Shown one piece after another: positions 16,156 through 24,691 of a stretch of DNA of 30,061 bases; positions within the stretch are counted from its first letter, which is position 1; every line of letters begins with the position of its first letter. The position numbers and the translations under genes are program-made. The notes below the pieces were generated by a model. That model had not been told where the DNA came from. It did not search any database and worked only from the letters and a program-made list of their open reading frames with translations. Where the stretch lies: positions 1-30,061 of IMG/VR virus record IMGVR_UViG_3300014914_000026. One strand, 5' to 3'.

Positions 16156-17387
16156 AATCTCATACCCCCATATAGGTTTAGGAGCGTTTGTCTATTTAAA
16201 CCTTGAGCTTCCCAATGGTTGAGCCACCATTCTTTGAATTGATCCTCGGTCATCGTTTTCCAGGCTTTGAATCCCCATCTGTGTCTTTTAGCTCTCCATG
16301 AGATTAATTGTAGAACTGCGTTTTTGTATTGTCTTATCCTTATTGGGTTGGATTCCTCTGGAGGTATTCTTGTTTCAACCCATTTCTCAACTATTCTTCT
16401 TTGTTGATGTAAAAGAGCATATTGATTTGTTCTATCACTTTTGTGAGGGTTTATCATTTCCTCTGGTTTATTATAGTTTGAATATGCGAAGGTTGTTAAT
16501 ATTAGTGAGTTTTTTATTATGTTCATCTTTTCTATTAGTGCTTTTAGGAATGGTGGATTCTTTTTGTCATCGATTAATTTATAGATTGATTTCTTAGGTA
16601 GAAGAAGACCATATCCCAGAGGAGTTACACCGAGAATGAATCCAAATTGTAGATGATCAAGGGTGCTAAATTTGATGTCAAGTATATTTCTCTGAGCATC
16701 CATGAAGGGTATTTTAGCAAGGTCGCCTTCAACATCTGATAGTCTGCTTTTACCTAATACTCCCAAACCAAGAACGAAGGCTTGAGATTGTGCTGAAAAT
16801 AGCATCATTAATCTATTGAATATGTTGTCGTCGGTTACTTCTATCATTTCAAGGTAATCCGCTATTTGCTCCATTGTCTTGATCCAGCTTTCATCTGGTT
16901 TTCTTAAAAGTCTAAGTCTGTGGAAAGTTGCTCTTAGGAATTCTCTTGCCACTATAGGGTCATATAGCCCTCTTGCGTATGGAGTAATACCGTAGATGGC
17001 TTTTTCTCCTCTTCCTATGAGTAAATCTTCTTGGAATTCTTCCTTGAAGTTTTCTATAATGTATTCTTTGAAGTCTGTCATCCACATATACAATCTCTCG
17101 AAGTGTATTGGTTTGAATTTTCCCCATATACCCTGGAGTAATTCATCAAAGTTGGGGAGTTCAAATTCAAAACCAATATTGTATGGTTCATAGTCTATTG
17201 GAAGAATGTTGTAGAGTAGTCCAAGTCCAAGTTGCGATAAGTCAAAGGGTGAAAGATATAACCATACATATTCTGCGAAGTATGGGTCAATGTCAAGTAG
17301 TCTTTGAAAGGTTAGAGAGATAGCACTATCTGATAGAGTTTTGGCGTGATACTTCTTTTTTATGTCTGAAATTCTCCTTTCTCTCAT
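16071..17387 (-). CDS. Putative minor virion protein
   Basis: 438-aa ORF in the capsid/GT operon; repeated G(I/V)TP(Y/L) motifs; role inferred from context only. Confidence 0.5.
   Translation of the reverse strand: MRERRISDIKKKYHAKTLSDSAISLTFQRLLDIDPYFAEYVWLYLSPFDLSQLGLGLLYNILPIDYEPYNIGFEFELPNFDELLQGIWGKFKPIHFERLYMWMTDFKEYIIENFKEEFQEDLLIGRGEKAIYGITPYARGLYDPIVAREFLRATFHRLRLLRKPDESWIKTMEQIADYLEMIEVTDDNIFNRLMMLFSAQSQAFVLGLGVLGKSRLSDVEGDLAKIPFMDAQRNILDIKFSTLDHLQFGFILGVTPLGYGLLLPKKSIYKLIDDKKNPPFLKALIEKMNIIKNSLILTTFAYSNYNKPEEMINPHKSDRTNQYALLHQQRRIVEKWVETRIPPEESNPIRIRQYKNAVLQLISWRAKRHRWGFKAWKTMTEDQFKEWWLNHWEAQGLNRQTLLNLYGGMRLWLQRLQEEKVRLGKRVKLRRLRLALSL
16193..16204 (-). promoter_or_regulatory. BRE/TATA promoter for 15853-16155
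   Basis: AAGGTTTAAATA 38 nt upstream of the ATG; identical 12-mer at 22110-22121. Confidence 0.6.
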
Positions 17388-17388
17388 G

Positions 17389-18435
17389 TTAATCTCTCCA
17401 GAATTTAAGGAATTGGAGGTATATTTTCTTTACGTCGAAGCTTTCAGCATGTTTTATAAGTTCTTTTTTTCTGGCTTCGTATTCTTGTCTGTTTTTGGTG
17501 TATAATTCGTAGGCATTTAAAATTTGATCAGCCATTTCTTTTGGATTGTATTCGTGAATGAGGTATAGTATTCCATCTCCAAGGTCTTTATATTGTTCAT
17601 CTTGGATTGATACTGGATAGTTTAGTTTGGGGTGAGCTATCTCTGTTAGGGGTTCATATTTTGGGTATATTACTGGAATTCCGAAGGCTTGGGCTTCAAG
17701 GACTGGTAAGCCAAATCCCTCGCATAGACTGGGCTGGATATAGAAGTCTAATGCTCCTATAAGTGAGAGTATTTCTTCTCTTGCCAGTTTTCCGAATCTT
17801 GTTAGAATTAGGGTGTTTTCAACATCAAAGAAGGCGTTTTTACCTGTTGCGTTTGTGAAGATGACGAATCCTATGTCTTTAGTTTTGCTATTAACTATTT
17901 CTATTGCCTGTGAAAGTCTATCAAGCCCTTTTCTTGGATGACCTGATGCTACTGTTCCGAATATCACTTTTTTATTGAGTTTATCTTTAATCATTTGTTT
18001 TTGGTCTGGTATTAGCTTCTTTGAGAATTCTATCATATCCATGTTTACTCCATGTGGAACCATGCCTATTACTTTTAGTCCTACTCTCTTAAGCATTTTT
18101 GTTGTGAATTTACTATTGGATATGAAGTAGCATCCTTGTTTTATCCATTTTGAGATTAGATGTTGTTTGGGTTCTCCCTCTACAGTTGTGTATATTAGTG
18201 TTGGTATGTTTAGGAGGTTGTATTCTCTTGCGAGTAGGAACCAGCTATGTGCGTATAATGGGTCGCATGTTATGAATATTATTGCTCTTTGAAATAGGTT
18301 TGGTGCTTCATGTTCTGATACCATGTAGTCTTTGAAGTATATTTTGAGTCCTGCTTTTTTAAATGCGTATGCTATATCTTGACCTACTGTTTTTAGAGAT
18401 GGGGCATAACTTGTTATAATTCCATAGCGAGTCAT
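17389..18435 (-). CDS. GT4 glycosyltransferase
   Basis: NSKFT, VPHGVN, RKGLD, PSLCEGFGLPVLEAQAFGIPVI (E-x7-E). Confidence 0.93.
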   Translation of the reverse strand: MTRYGIITSYAPSLKTVGQDIAYAFKKAGLKIYFKDYMVSEHEAPNLFQRAIIFITCDPLYAHSWFLLAREYNLLNIPTLIYTTVEGEPKQHLISKWIKQGCYFISNSKFTTKMLKRVGLKVIGMVPHGVNMDMIEFSKKLIPDQKQMIKDKLNKKVIFGTVASGHPRKGLDRLSQAIEIVNSKTKDIGFVIFTNATGKNAFFDVENTLILTRFGKLAREEILSLIGALDFYIQPSLCEGFGLPVLEAQAFGIPVIYPKYEPLTEIAHPKLNYPVSIQDEQYKDLGDGILYLIHEYNPKEMADQILNAYELYTKNRQEYEARKKELIKHAESFDVKKIYLQFLKFWRD

Positions 18436-18492
18436 GGCTATATGGAGTTAGGGTAATAAGGAAATTTAAGGGTTTCAGGTTGGAGGACTAGT

Positions 18493-18512
18493 CCAAAAGG
18501 CTTATATAGACC
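18493..18512 (+). promoter_or_regulatory. BRE/TATA promoter of the TopoVIA-like gene
   Basis: ccaaaaggcttatatagacc, 18/20 identical to the ITR promoter; preceded by the palindrome GGACTAGTCC. Confidence 0.7.
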
Positions 18513-18543
18513 TTTGTGTATTGTTATAGATGGAGGTGGATGG

Positions 18544-19536
18544 ATGAGGGGGAATAGGGAAGCTATCCTAACGGAGGTCGATAATGCTATAAGGCTCTTT
18601 GGTGCTCAGGGTGTAAAGCCTACATTGAGAACTTTGTTCTACTATCTGGTTAGCAAGAATATCATACCTAACACCAGATCAGCATATAAGAGGCTGTCAA
18701 GGATTCTGGTTAAGGCGAGAAAGGAGGGGAGATATGCCTGGGATTTCCTTGAGGATAAGACAAGGGTGGTTCTCGGATACCGATCAGACCATAGATTTAG
18801 CGATGATGTCTTAGAAGACTTTGAGGAGAGATTAAAGTATAAGCTTGAGAGCATAGACATAAGTGAGATACTTAGTGAGCTATTTGACTGGATGATGCCT
18901 ACAATAGATGTTGAAATGTGGGCGGAGCAACCTATTATACCAGAGATATGGATAGAGAAGGAGGCTTTGTCTTCGACGATATATAATTGGACAAGAGACT
19001 TGAAGGTGAGAATAAGAGTCAATCGTGGTTACAGTAGTTGGACATTCATATACAACAATGTTGAAGACTTGAAGACTACACTATTGAGGCATGACAAGGT
19101 GGTTATACTATATCTTGGAGACTTAGACCCAAGCGGAGTGGATATTCAGAGATTTCTTGAGGAAGCCTTAGAATACTTTGGACTTGACAGAGAGAAGGTT
19201 GAGTTAAGGAGGGTTGCTGTTACACCAGAGCAAGTTGAGGAGTTTGATCTACCTCCAAGACCAGAGGATGCGGAGACTTTAGCTAAGTTACAGAGAGATA
19301 CAAGAAGTAAGAGCTATACTTATGACTATATAGTAGAGCTTGATAGCTTAGTTGCCTATGTTCCAGAGGAGTTTAGAAACATAGTTAGAAGTGCTATCTA
19401 TGACTGCTGGGATAAAGATATATACAACAAACTTAAAGACAGAGCTAAGGAGCTAAGCAATAAAGCTTTCAAGCTTTTAGTAGATTATAAGGAGAAGGCG
19501 AGAGAAAAGATATTGAATATGTTAAGAGAGGAGTGA
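18544..19536 (+). CDS. Stand-alone Spo11/TopoVI-A-like protein (5Y-CAP + TOPRIM; Mini-A-like)
   Basis: TLRTLFYYL (candidate catalytic Tyr), EIWIEK, RGYSS, YLGDLDPSGVDI (DxD), ELDSL; start reassigned to MRGNRE after a GGAGGTGG RBS. Confidence 0.8.
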   Translation: MRGNREAILTEVDNAIRLFGAQGVKPTLRTLFYYLVSKNIIPNTRSAYKRLSRILVKARKEGRYAWDFLEDKTRVVLGYRSDHRFSDDVLEDFEERLKYKLESIDISEILSELFDWMMPTIDVEMWAEQPIIPEIWIEKEALSSTIYNWTRDLKVRIRVNRGYSSWTFIYNNVEDLKTTLLRHDKVVILYLGDLDPSGVDIQRFLEEALEYFGLDREKVELRRVAVTPEQVEEFDLPPRPEDAETLAKLQRDTRSKSYTYDYIVELDSLVAYVPEEFRNIVRSAIYDCWDKDIYNKLKDRAKELSNKAFKLLVDYKEKAREKILNMLREE

Positions 19537-19547
19537 AAAACCAATTA

Positions 19548-19565
19548 TTTTTTTATATAAAAAAA
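19548..19565. terminator. Bidirectional oligo-T terminator
   Basis: TTTTTTT-ATAT-AAAAAAA perfect palindrome between two convergent genes. Confidence 0.7.
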
Positions 19566-19587
19566 CTGGGTTCTCTAAGGGTTTTTC

Positions 19588-19612
19588 TATGTGGAAGAGG
19601 TATCAGGCAAAG
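19588..19612. repeat. 25-bp inverted-repeat arm in the capsid 3'UTR (partner at 19942-19966)
   Basis: tatgtggaagaggtatcaggcaaag versus reverse complement of ctttgcctgatacttcttccacata: 24/25. Confidence 0.92.
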
Positions 19613-19617
19613 GATGT

Positions 19618-19992
19618 TTAGTATGGCATCACCCAGCCTGCGATGACCTGTATAATCTCATCGCAGACTGAGGGATCGAGGCCATAGGCGTTCACATAGT
19701 AGCTCTTGAGACCAGAGCTGATCTTCTTGCCAGCATCACCCTTCTGGCGGACTATATGCCTCAGAAGGGCGAGGCCGAAGGCGAGGTAGGTCGCCCTCAT
19801 ACCACCAGTAATGCCATACTCATCGAGGATCGGCCTCACCAAGTCCCTGGCGGTGGCAACCATGTTTAGACCTTCCTGTGCTCTATCGACGGCGATGCTC
19901 TGGACATCCGTGAACCTAGTCCCTATGACGGTGGGGTTGAACTTTGCCTGATACTTCTTCCACATATCCAGACCAGTCTTATAGAGTGGCAT
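19618..19992 (-). CDS. Major capsid protein, SIRV2/Adnaviria fold
   Basis: KYQAKFNPTV...ILDEYGITGGMRATYLAFGL...GLKSYYVNAYGLDPSV..II.VI.G aligns by eye with rudivirus MCP (KWQAKF..NPTV...LTQYGITGPNRAIYQGFGL...GLKGYYISAFNANPQV); GGAGGTGA RBS. Confidence 0.92.
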   Translation of the reverse strand: MPLYKTGLDMWKKYQAKFNPTVIGTRFTDVQSIAVDRAQEGLNMVATARDLVRPILDEYGITGGMRATYLAFGLALLRHIVRQKGDAGKKISSGLKSYYVNAYGLDPSVCDEIIQVIAGWVMPY

Positions 19993-20070
19993 CTCTCATC
20001 TTCACCTCCAAATCCTATTCTGTGAAATGAAGGATGCTCTTTAAATATAAGGAATTTACTTAAAATAAAT

Positions 20071-20670
20071 TTGAGGAGTGTGATGATGAAGCCTGAGGAT
20101 GAAATGGTTAAAATGAATGAATCTTCAAATACGCTTGAAACTCCAGATAAAGTTAGATTTGACAATATTAACATTCATAGTCTTGAAGATTGGATTGATT
20201 ACAGTATAAAGTGGAGGGCTTATAGGGATGTAGTGGATTATATACAGAGAGTTCTTGAGATTACTAATAGGTATTTTGAGTGGAGGATTCGTGAGGTTAT
20301 AAAGAATGGGATTATTGTTGATTATAATAGGTATGTGAAAGTTGATAGCTATAAGGTTACTTTAACTATTGAGGTCTGTATCCATGAGGATACTGTTGAG
20401 GAGTTGGCTAAGTTCTATAAGTTCCTTAAAAGTAGGATTGAAAGTCAGAGAAGACTTAAGAGAGGTAGGCTTAGAGGCTCTGAGTTCAAGTTTGTAGCTG
20501 ATGAGGAGATAGAGTCGCCTGTGGAGAGGGCTTTGAGGGAGAGTGAAGAGGAGCTTGATAGGGTGGAGGAGGAGGCTGAGGAAAAAACAGATAAGGGAAA
20601 TTGGTATAAGTTAATCCCAGTAGGGGAGTCTCATGGAGAGGAGAGAGACGCTTCCGAGGATGATGGTTAA
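20071..20670 (+). CDS. Hypothetical protein with acidic C-terminus
   Basis: About 195-aa ORF divergent from the MCP; start probably at one of the ATGs near 20083-20104. Confidence 0.65.
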   Translation: MRSVMMKPEDEMVKMNESSNTLETPDKVRFDNINIHSLEDWIDYSIKWRAYRDVVDYIQRVLEITNRYFEWRIREVIKNGIIVDYNRYVKVDSYKVTLTIEVCIHEDTVEELAKFYKFLKSRIESQRRLKRGRLRGSEFKFVADEEIESPVERALRESEEELDRVEEEAEEKTDKGNWYKLIPVGESHGEERDASEDDG

Positions 20671-20800
20671 TAGGCTTGAGATTGTTATTCCCAGTAGAAT
20701 CTGGGAGCGGTTAGAGAAGATTGAAAAGAAGGCTGGGATTAGGAAGGAAGATATTTTAATGAGGGCTTTAATCAAGGTTATAGAGGAGTTTGAGGGTTAG
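20633..20800 (+). CDS. Ribbon-helix-helix protein (55 aa, not in ORF track)
   Basis: RLEIVIPSRIWERLEKIEKKAGIRKEDILMRALIKVIEE is an RHH pattern. Confidence 0.7.
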   Translation: MERRETLPRMMVNRLEIVIPSRIWERLEKIEKKAGIRKEDILMRALIKVIEEFEG

Positions 20801-20802
20801 CC

Positions 20803-21114
20803 ATGAGCCTCCAGAGGAAGATTATGACTCTTATCGCTCCTATACCTGATCCGACTACAAGAATGGATGTAGCTTCCACTATAAATTATCTGTTTAGCGT
20901 CTATAATACTGGGGTAGTTAATGATGATGAAGTCAAGGATGCTTTATTTGAGGTTTGTAGGGATGTCTTGGAGGCTACTAATCCTGATTTAGGGATGGAG
21001 GAGATTAGGAAGAGAGCGGAGACTTTGGCTAAGGAATTTATGAGTGCTTTTAAGTTGGAGAGTTCTGTGCGGAGGATGATGAGTAGATTTAGGGGTAGAT
21101 TTATGCCTCTTTAG
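20803..21114 (+). CDS. Helical hypothetical protein
   Basis: 103-aa ORF 2 nt after the RHH stop. Confidence 0.7.
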   Translation: MSLQRKIMTLIAPIPDPTTRMDVASTINYLFSVYNTGVVNDDEVKDALFEVCRDVLEATNPDLGMEEIRKRAETLAKEFMSAFKLESSVRRMMSRFRGRFMPL

Positions 21115-21292
21115 ATTTCTTTAGTTTTACTATTGCCTTTATGATTATGTAGAGTAGGATGGATAATATAGTTGGGACTATGATTAGACCTATGATGGGG
21201 AGGAGAACTAGTCCAAACCATCCGAGTTTTATGAGTGGGTATATGAATAGTAGGTAGAGGATGGCGTATATGATGTTTGGGATGTTTATCAT
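21101..21292 (-). CDS. Small two-TM membrane protein
   Basis: Almost entirely hydrophobic with a basic tail; GAGGTG RBS. Confidence 0.6.
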   Translation of the reverse strand: MINIPNIIYAILYLLFIYPLIKLGWFGLVLLPIIGLIIVPTILSILLYIIIKAIVKLKKSKEA

Positions 21293-21296
21293 TTTG

Positions 21297-21608
21297 TTAC
21301 ACCTCTATGAAGGTGTATCTTCCTTTTCTCTTTATAAATACTTTGGTTTTTACTGTGTATTGTCCCTTGAATTGGGCTAAGTCTTTGAATTTTTCTTTTA
21401 GTTTTGAGAGGTCTCTTGGAGCTTCCCTATAGCCCTTAACTTGGACTAACCAGATTTCTTTTGTATCTGGAAAGAAGGCAATGAGGTCTGCTGGGGTTCG
21501 ACTTCTTGAGCTTCTTATGACAAGGTTTGCTCCAAGTTTTTTAAGGTCGTCTTTGGCTCTTAGTTCTATTATGTATCCTTTTTGGTATGATGTTCTTTTT
21601 GGTGTCAT
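21297..21608 (-). CDS. hjc: Archaeal Holliday-junction resolvase (PD-(D/E)xK)
   Basis: KGY..E......L...G..VIRS..S..PADLIA......LVQVK. Confidence 0.85.
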   Translation of the reverse strand: MTPKRTSYQKGYIIELRAKDDLKKLGANLVIRSSRSRTPADLIAFFPDTKEIWLVQVKGYREAPRDLSKLKEKFKDLAQFKGQYTVKTKVFIKRKGRYTFIEV

Positions 21609-21609
21609 T

Positions 21610-22077
21610 TTATCTTCCCTCTGTTCTTACGTATTTTACTGTGGCTATTCCAAGTGCTCCGAGGGTTCTCATTAGTATGTAGTATGCTAACTTTTGCTTG
21701 GTTTTGAGGTAGTATTTTGAGATGTAGATTTTTTGGTTGTGTAGGTCAAACCATATTGGTATTCTTCCTTTTGTTCTTGAGTATTTACATTTTCCGTGTT
21801 TGTCGTAGCGTGGTTGGGTTAGTATGTAGAGGATTTTGTTGCCTACTTTCTTTTTGCCTATGTAGAATTGTCTGTTGGGGAATCGCTTGTTTAGATTGTT
21901 TGCGTAGTTTATGAGGTCTTGGAGGGTTATTCTTTTGGAGTTTGGCTTGGGGACTAGTCTGAATATTTGGGTGTATCTACCCATTTGACCCTTTCCCTTG
22001 ATCTCTGGGGTGAAGTCAGCCCAGAGTTCGAGGAGGGTGATGCTTCGGTTCTTGCCGTAGGGGATTATCAGCACCAT
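21610..22077 (-). CDS. Basic hypothetical protein (possible nucleic-acid binding)
   Basis: 155 aa, K/R/Y-rich, own TATA at 22110-22121. Confidence 0.65.
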   Translation of the reverse strand: MVLIIPYGKNRSITLLELWADFTPEIKGKGQMGRYTQIFRLVPKPNSKRITLQDLINYANNLNKRFPNRQFYIGKKKVGNKILYILTQPRYDKHGKCKYSRTKGRIPIWFDLHNQKIYISKYYLKTKQKLAYYILMRTLGALGIATVKYVRTEGR

Positions 22078-22109
22078 TGTAGTCCCATGTAGATTTTTGT
22101 AGATGGGGA

Positions 22110-22121
22110 TATTTAAACCTT
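22110..22121 (-). promoter_or_regulatory. BRE/TATA promoter
   Basis: AAGGTTTAAATA 33 nt upstream of the ATG at 22077. Confidence 0.6.
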
Positions 22122-22135
22122 ATGGTGCTATGGAA

Positions 22136-22981
22136 CTAAAATGAGGGAATTAACTCAATCCACTCTGGCTCCTTATCGATGTAGTCTGGGAGAGCTTTGT
22201 AGAAGTCGAGGAGGGAGCATCCCCACCACCAGTTGTGGAATAGACCCTGATACCAGGGTCTTCCCTGTTTTATGTTGTTTAGGCAGAAGTAAAACCAATG
22301 GGTGGCTACTTGTTCTTTGAATTGCCTTAATGATATGGTTTTTGGGATGTATAACCAATGTGGTTCTGATAGAGCAAGCATGTAGTAATCTTTTGCCAGA
22401 TAGCTTTGGATTCTCTGTCTTGAGCCTTTTATTGGGAATCCTCTTTCTTCGTGATGTTCTATTACCATGATTGGTTTACATTTTTGGATTAGACCGTATG
22501 CTCCATATATGACGTTCTCTTCATGTCCTTCAACATCTATTTTTATTACATGACATTCGTCTATTAGGTCATCTAACCTCCAGACTGGGACTTCTATGGC
22601 TTCTTCTTTTTGGTCTGTTTTTACAAGGTGGCTTTGTGCTCCTTGTTGTATTAGGTAACCTGTTCCTGTGAAGTTTGATACTGCTGTTTCCATTATTTCT
22701 ATGTTTTCAATTTCATTTAGGGCTATGTTTAGTTTTAATACTGCTATGTTTGATGGGTCTGGTTCTATGGCTATGACTTCTTTATAGTATTTTGCCATTC
22801 TAATGGCATACATTCCATCACATGCTCCTACATCTACAAAGATTTTGTTTGGTGAGGCTACTTGTTTTAGTGTTTCTATTACTGTGAGTTCATGCGGTCT
22901 TAGGGGGTCGAGGTCTGAGGGGGTGGGATTATCTGTGGGTATAGCCCATTTAAATCCATCCCAGCTTTTACGGATTTTCAT
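22136..22981 (-). CDS. FkbM-family SAM methyltransferase
   Basis: FVDVGACDG, VIAIEPDP, RLDD, IKIDVEGHE..V..G, IEHH. Confidence 0.9.
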   Translation of the reverse strand: MKIRKSWDGFKWAIPTDNPTPSDLDPLRPHELTVIETLKQVASPNKIFVDVGACDGMYAIRMAKYYKEVIAIEPDPSNIAVLKLNIALNEIENIEIMETAVSNFTGTGYLIQQGAQSHLVKTDQKEEAIEVPVWRLDDLIDECHVIKIDVEGHEENVIYGAYGLIQKCKPIMVIEHHEERGFPIKGSRQRIQSYLAKDYYMLALSEPHWLYIPKTISLRQFKEQVATHWFYFCLNNIKQGRPWYQGLFHNWWWGCSLLDFYKALPDYIDKEPEWIELIPSF

Positions 22982-23677
22982 CTATATCTCCACCACAGTA
23001 TAGGGTATGAGTCTTACTTCATATTCGTTGCGGTTGGGTGGGTGAGAGAAGATAGGTGGGTCTTGGGGTCTAAGTGGCTCTCCTAAGCCTTCTCCGTGAT
23101 CCGAGGTGATTATGACTTTACCCTTGAGAAGTGGGAGTATTTGTTTTACGTGGCTTAATACCAGTTTTAGGTTGTCTTCGTAGGCTTTTAGTAGTATGCC
23201 TTTTTTCTTTGCTTCTTTCATTTTCATTATTTTCCATTCGTCTGATGTCATTTTCTTTGGTTTGTCTCTGTAGTATATTGGGATGTCGAGTTTTGTTTTT
23301 CCTATGTAGGGATGGTGTGGTTGTAGGAACCATAGTATTTTTGTTTTGAAGGGTTTTAGTCGGTGTCTATGGTTTTTGATGTAGTTTGTTATGTATTGTG
23401 GGGGTGAAGTTGATAGGTAATAGTCGAATCCTACATCTATTGTTTTTGTGAATTTGTCTTTTCTTAGGAGTGGGAAGGGGTGTCCTGTTACTATTGCTGA
23501 CATGGGGAATTTAGGCATTTTATTGAGGGTTCCTAATGTATTTGATGCGAGGCTTATTCTTGGCTCTACAGGGGATAAGTCCCAGAGTTTTTTGAAGTAA
23601 TCATATCTACAGGCGTCTAAGATTATAAGCCAGTCGCATGGTTCTGAATAGTTTATTGTTGGGATTTGAGAGTTCAT
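22982..23677 (-). CDS. Alkaline-phosphatase/sulfatase-superfamily enzyme
   Basis: IILDACRYD, SNT (candidate Thr nucleophile), QPHHPY, AYEDNL, ITSDHGE, SHP. Confidence 0.8.
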   Translation of the reverse strand: MNSQIPTINYSEPCDWLIILDACRYDYFKKLWDLSPVEPRISLASNTLGTLNKMPKFPMSAIVTGHPFPLLRKDKFTKTIDVGFDYYLSTSPPQYITNYIKNHRHRLKPFKTKILWFLQPHHPYIGKTKLDIPIYYRDKPKKMTSDEWKIMKMKEAKKKGILLKAYEDNLKLVLSHVKQILPLLKGKVIITSDHGEGLGEPLRPQDPPIFSHPPNRNEYEVRLIPYTVVEI

Positions 23678-23686
23678 TTTTGCTTG

Positions 23687-23965
23687 TTATAGTTTTTCTG
23701 TTCTCTTGAGTAGGATGAGTATGCCTTCGTTTGCCCTTTTTACGCCGTCGCTGACTTCACTTAGATGGTTTCTCATTTCATCTATTCCTTTTTTGATCTT
23801 TTCTAAACATTCGGTTGTTTGATTTAGTCTATCTACCATCATTGAAAGAAGTAGGATGTCGAGACCTTTTGGATCATTCTTTTTTATCTCTAAATAGCTT
23901 TTGACAATTTGTGCTACGCTTGGGGCTACATTCCCCAATATTTCGGCTATACCCTCAAGGCTCAT
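23687..23965 (-). CDS. Coiled-coil hypothetical protein
   Basis: 92 aa, helical/heptad pattern. Confidence 0.6.
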   Translation of the reverse strand: MSLEGIAEILGNVAPSVAQIVKSYLEIKKNDPKGLDILLLSMMVDRLNQTTECLEKIKKGIDEMRNHLSEVSDGVKRANEGILILLKRTEKL

Positions 23966-23984
23966 GGTCTCAGCCCTATGCTCA

Positions 23985-24533
23985 TTATTTAGAAGCCCTT
24001 TTAAAGCTTTTATCCATGCTGGATAGAAGGGTGGGTTGTTGTGGTTTTAGGGAGGTGGGGAAGAATAAACCTCTTTTGGGGCTGAAGATTAGTCCTTGCT
24101 CTTTAAGTTTTCTTACGGCTCTGGTTATGGTTTCTGTTTTTGCCTCTACTGGATACATGGTTCTGAAGCCTTTAACTATTTGTTCATAGCTTATTGGGTG
24201 TCCCCATCTTTTACATAGTGTTATTATGGTTTTATAGACTAGTTTTTCTATTCCTTTTAGGTGTTTTGATAGTTCTTGGTAGTCTATCATTGAGGTGTCT
24301 ATTTTTTCTCTTAGGGTGTCTTCGAGTAGTTGTATTCTTTGTCTTTGTTTGTCTATTATTTTCATGTATTGTGCTACTTGGTTTTGGAGGAATCGTATGA
24401 ATTCGTCTTTGCTATGGGGTATGTTGGGGGGTTGTTTGTCGAAGGGTATTAATAGGTATTTTTGATGGCATTTTGGACATATCAGGAAGTTCTGGGTTTG
24501 GGCTAATGGTTCTTTACAGTTTGGACAGCTCAT
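23985..24533 (-). CDS. Zn-ribbon + coiled-coil + wHTH protein
   Basis: CPNC...CPKC; ETITRAVRKLKEQGLIFSPKRGLF. Confidence 0.75.
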   Translation of the reverse strand: MSCPNCKEPLAQTQNFLICPKCHQKYLLIPFDKQPPNIPHSKDEFIRFLQNQVAQYMKIIDKQRQRIQLLEDTLREKIDTSMIDYQELSKHLKGIEKLVYKTIITLCKRWGHPISYEQIVKGFRTMYPVEAKTETITRAVRKLKEQGLIFSPKRGLFFPTSLKPQQPTLLSSMDKSFKRASK

Positions 24534-24685
24534 ATTTCTTCACCGTTTAGACATATATTGGAGTTTAGCATGGGGCATTTTTTCCCTGTTATGTCGTTTT
24601 GCTCTAAGCATATTATTTTGTTGTCTTTTATTGCTACTTTAACGTATCTCTCTTTATATTTACACCACATATAGATGTCTCTCAT
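24530..24685 (-). CDS. Small Cys-containing protein (51 aa, not in ORF track)
   Basis: MRDIYMWCKYKERYVKVAIKDNKIICLEQNDITGKKCPMLNSNICLNGEEI; GAGG RBS; ATGA overlap with the next gene. Confidence 0.55.
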   Translation of the reverse strand: MRDIYMWCKYKERYVKVAIKDNKIICLEQNDITGKKCPMLNSNICLNGEEI

Positions 24686-24691
24686 GCTTTT

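Noticed and set aside
23687-23965. Possible pyramid (PVAP) egress protein because of its ~90-aa size
   Set aside because: No clear N-terminal TM helix or similarity to SIRV2 P98 that I can see; needs a profile search.
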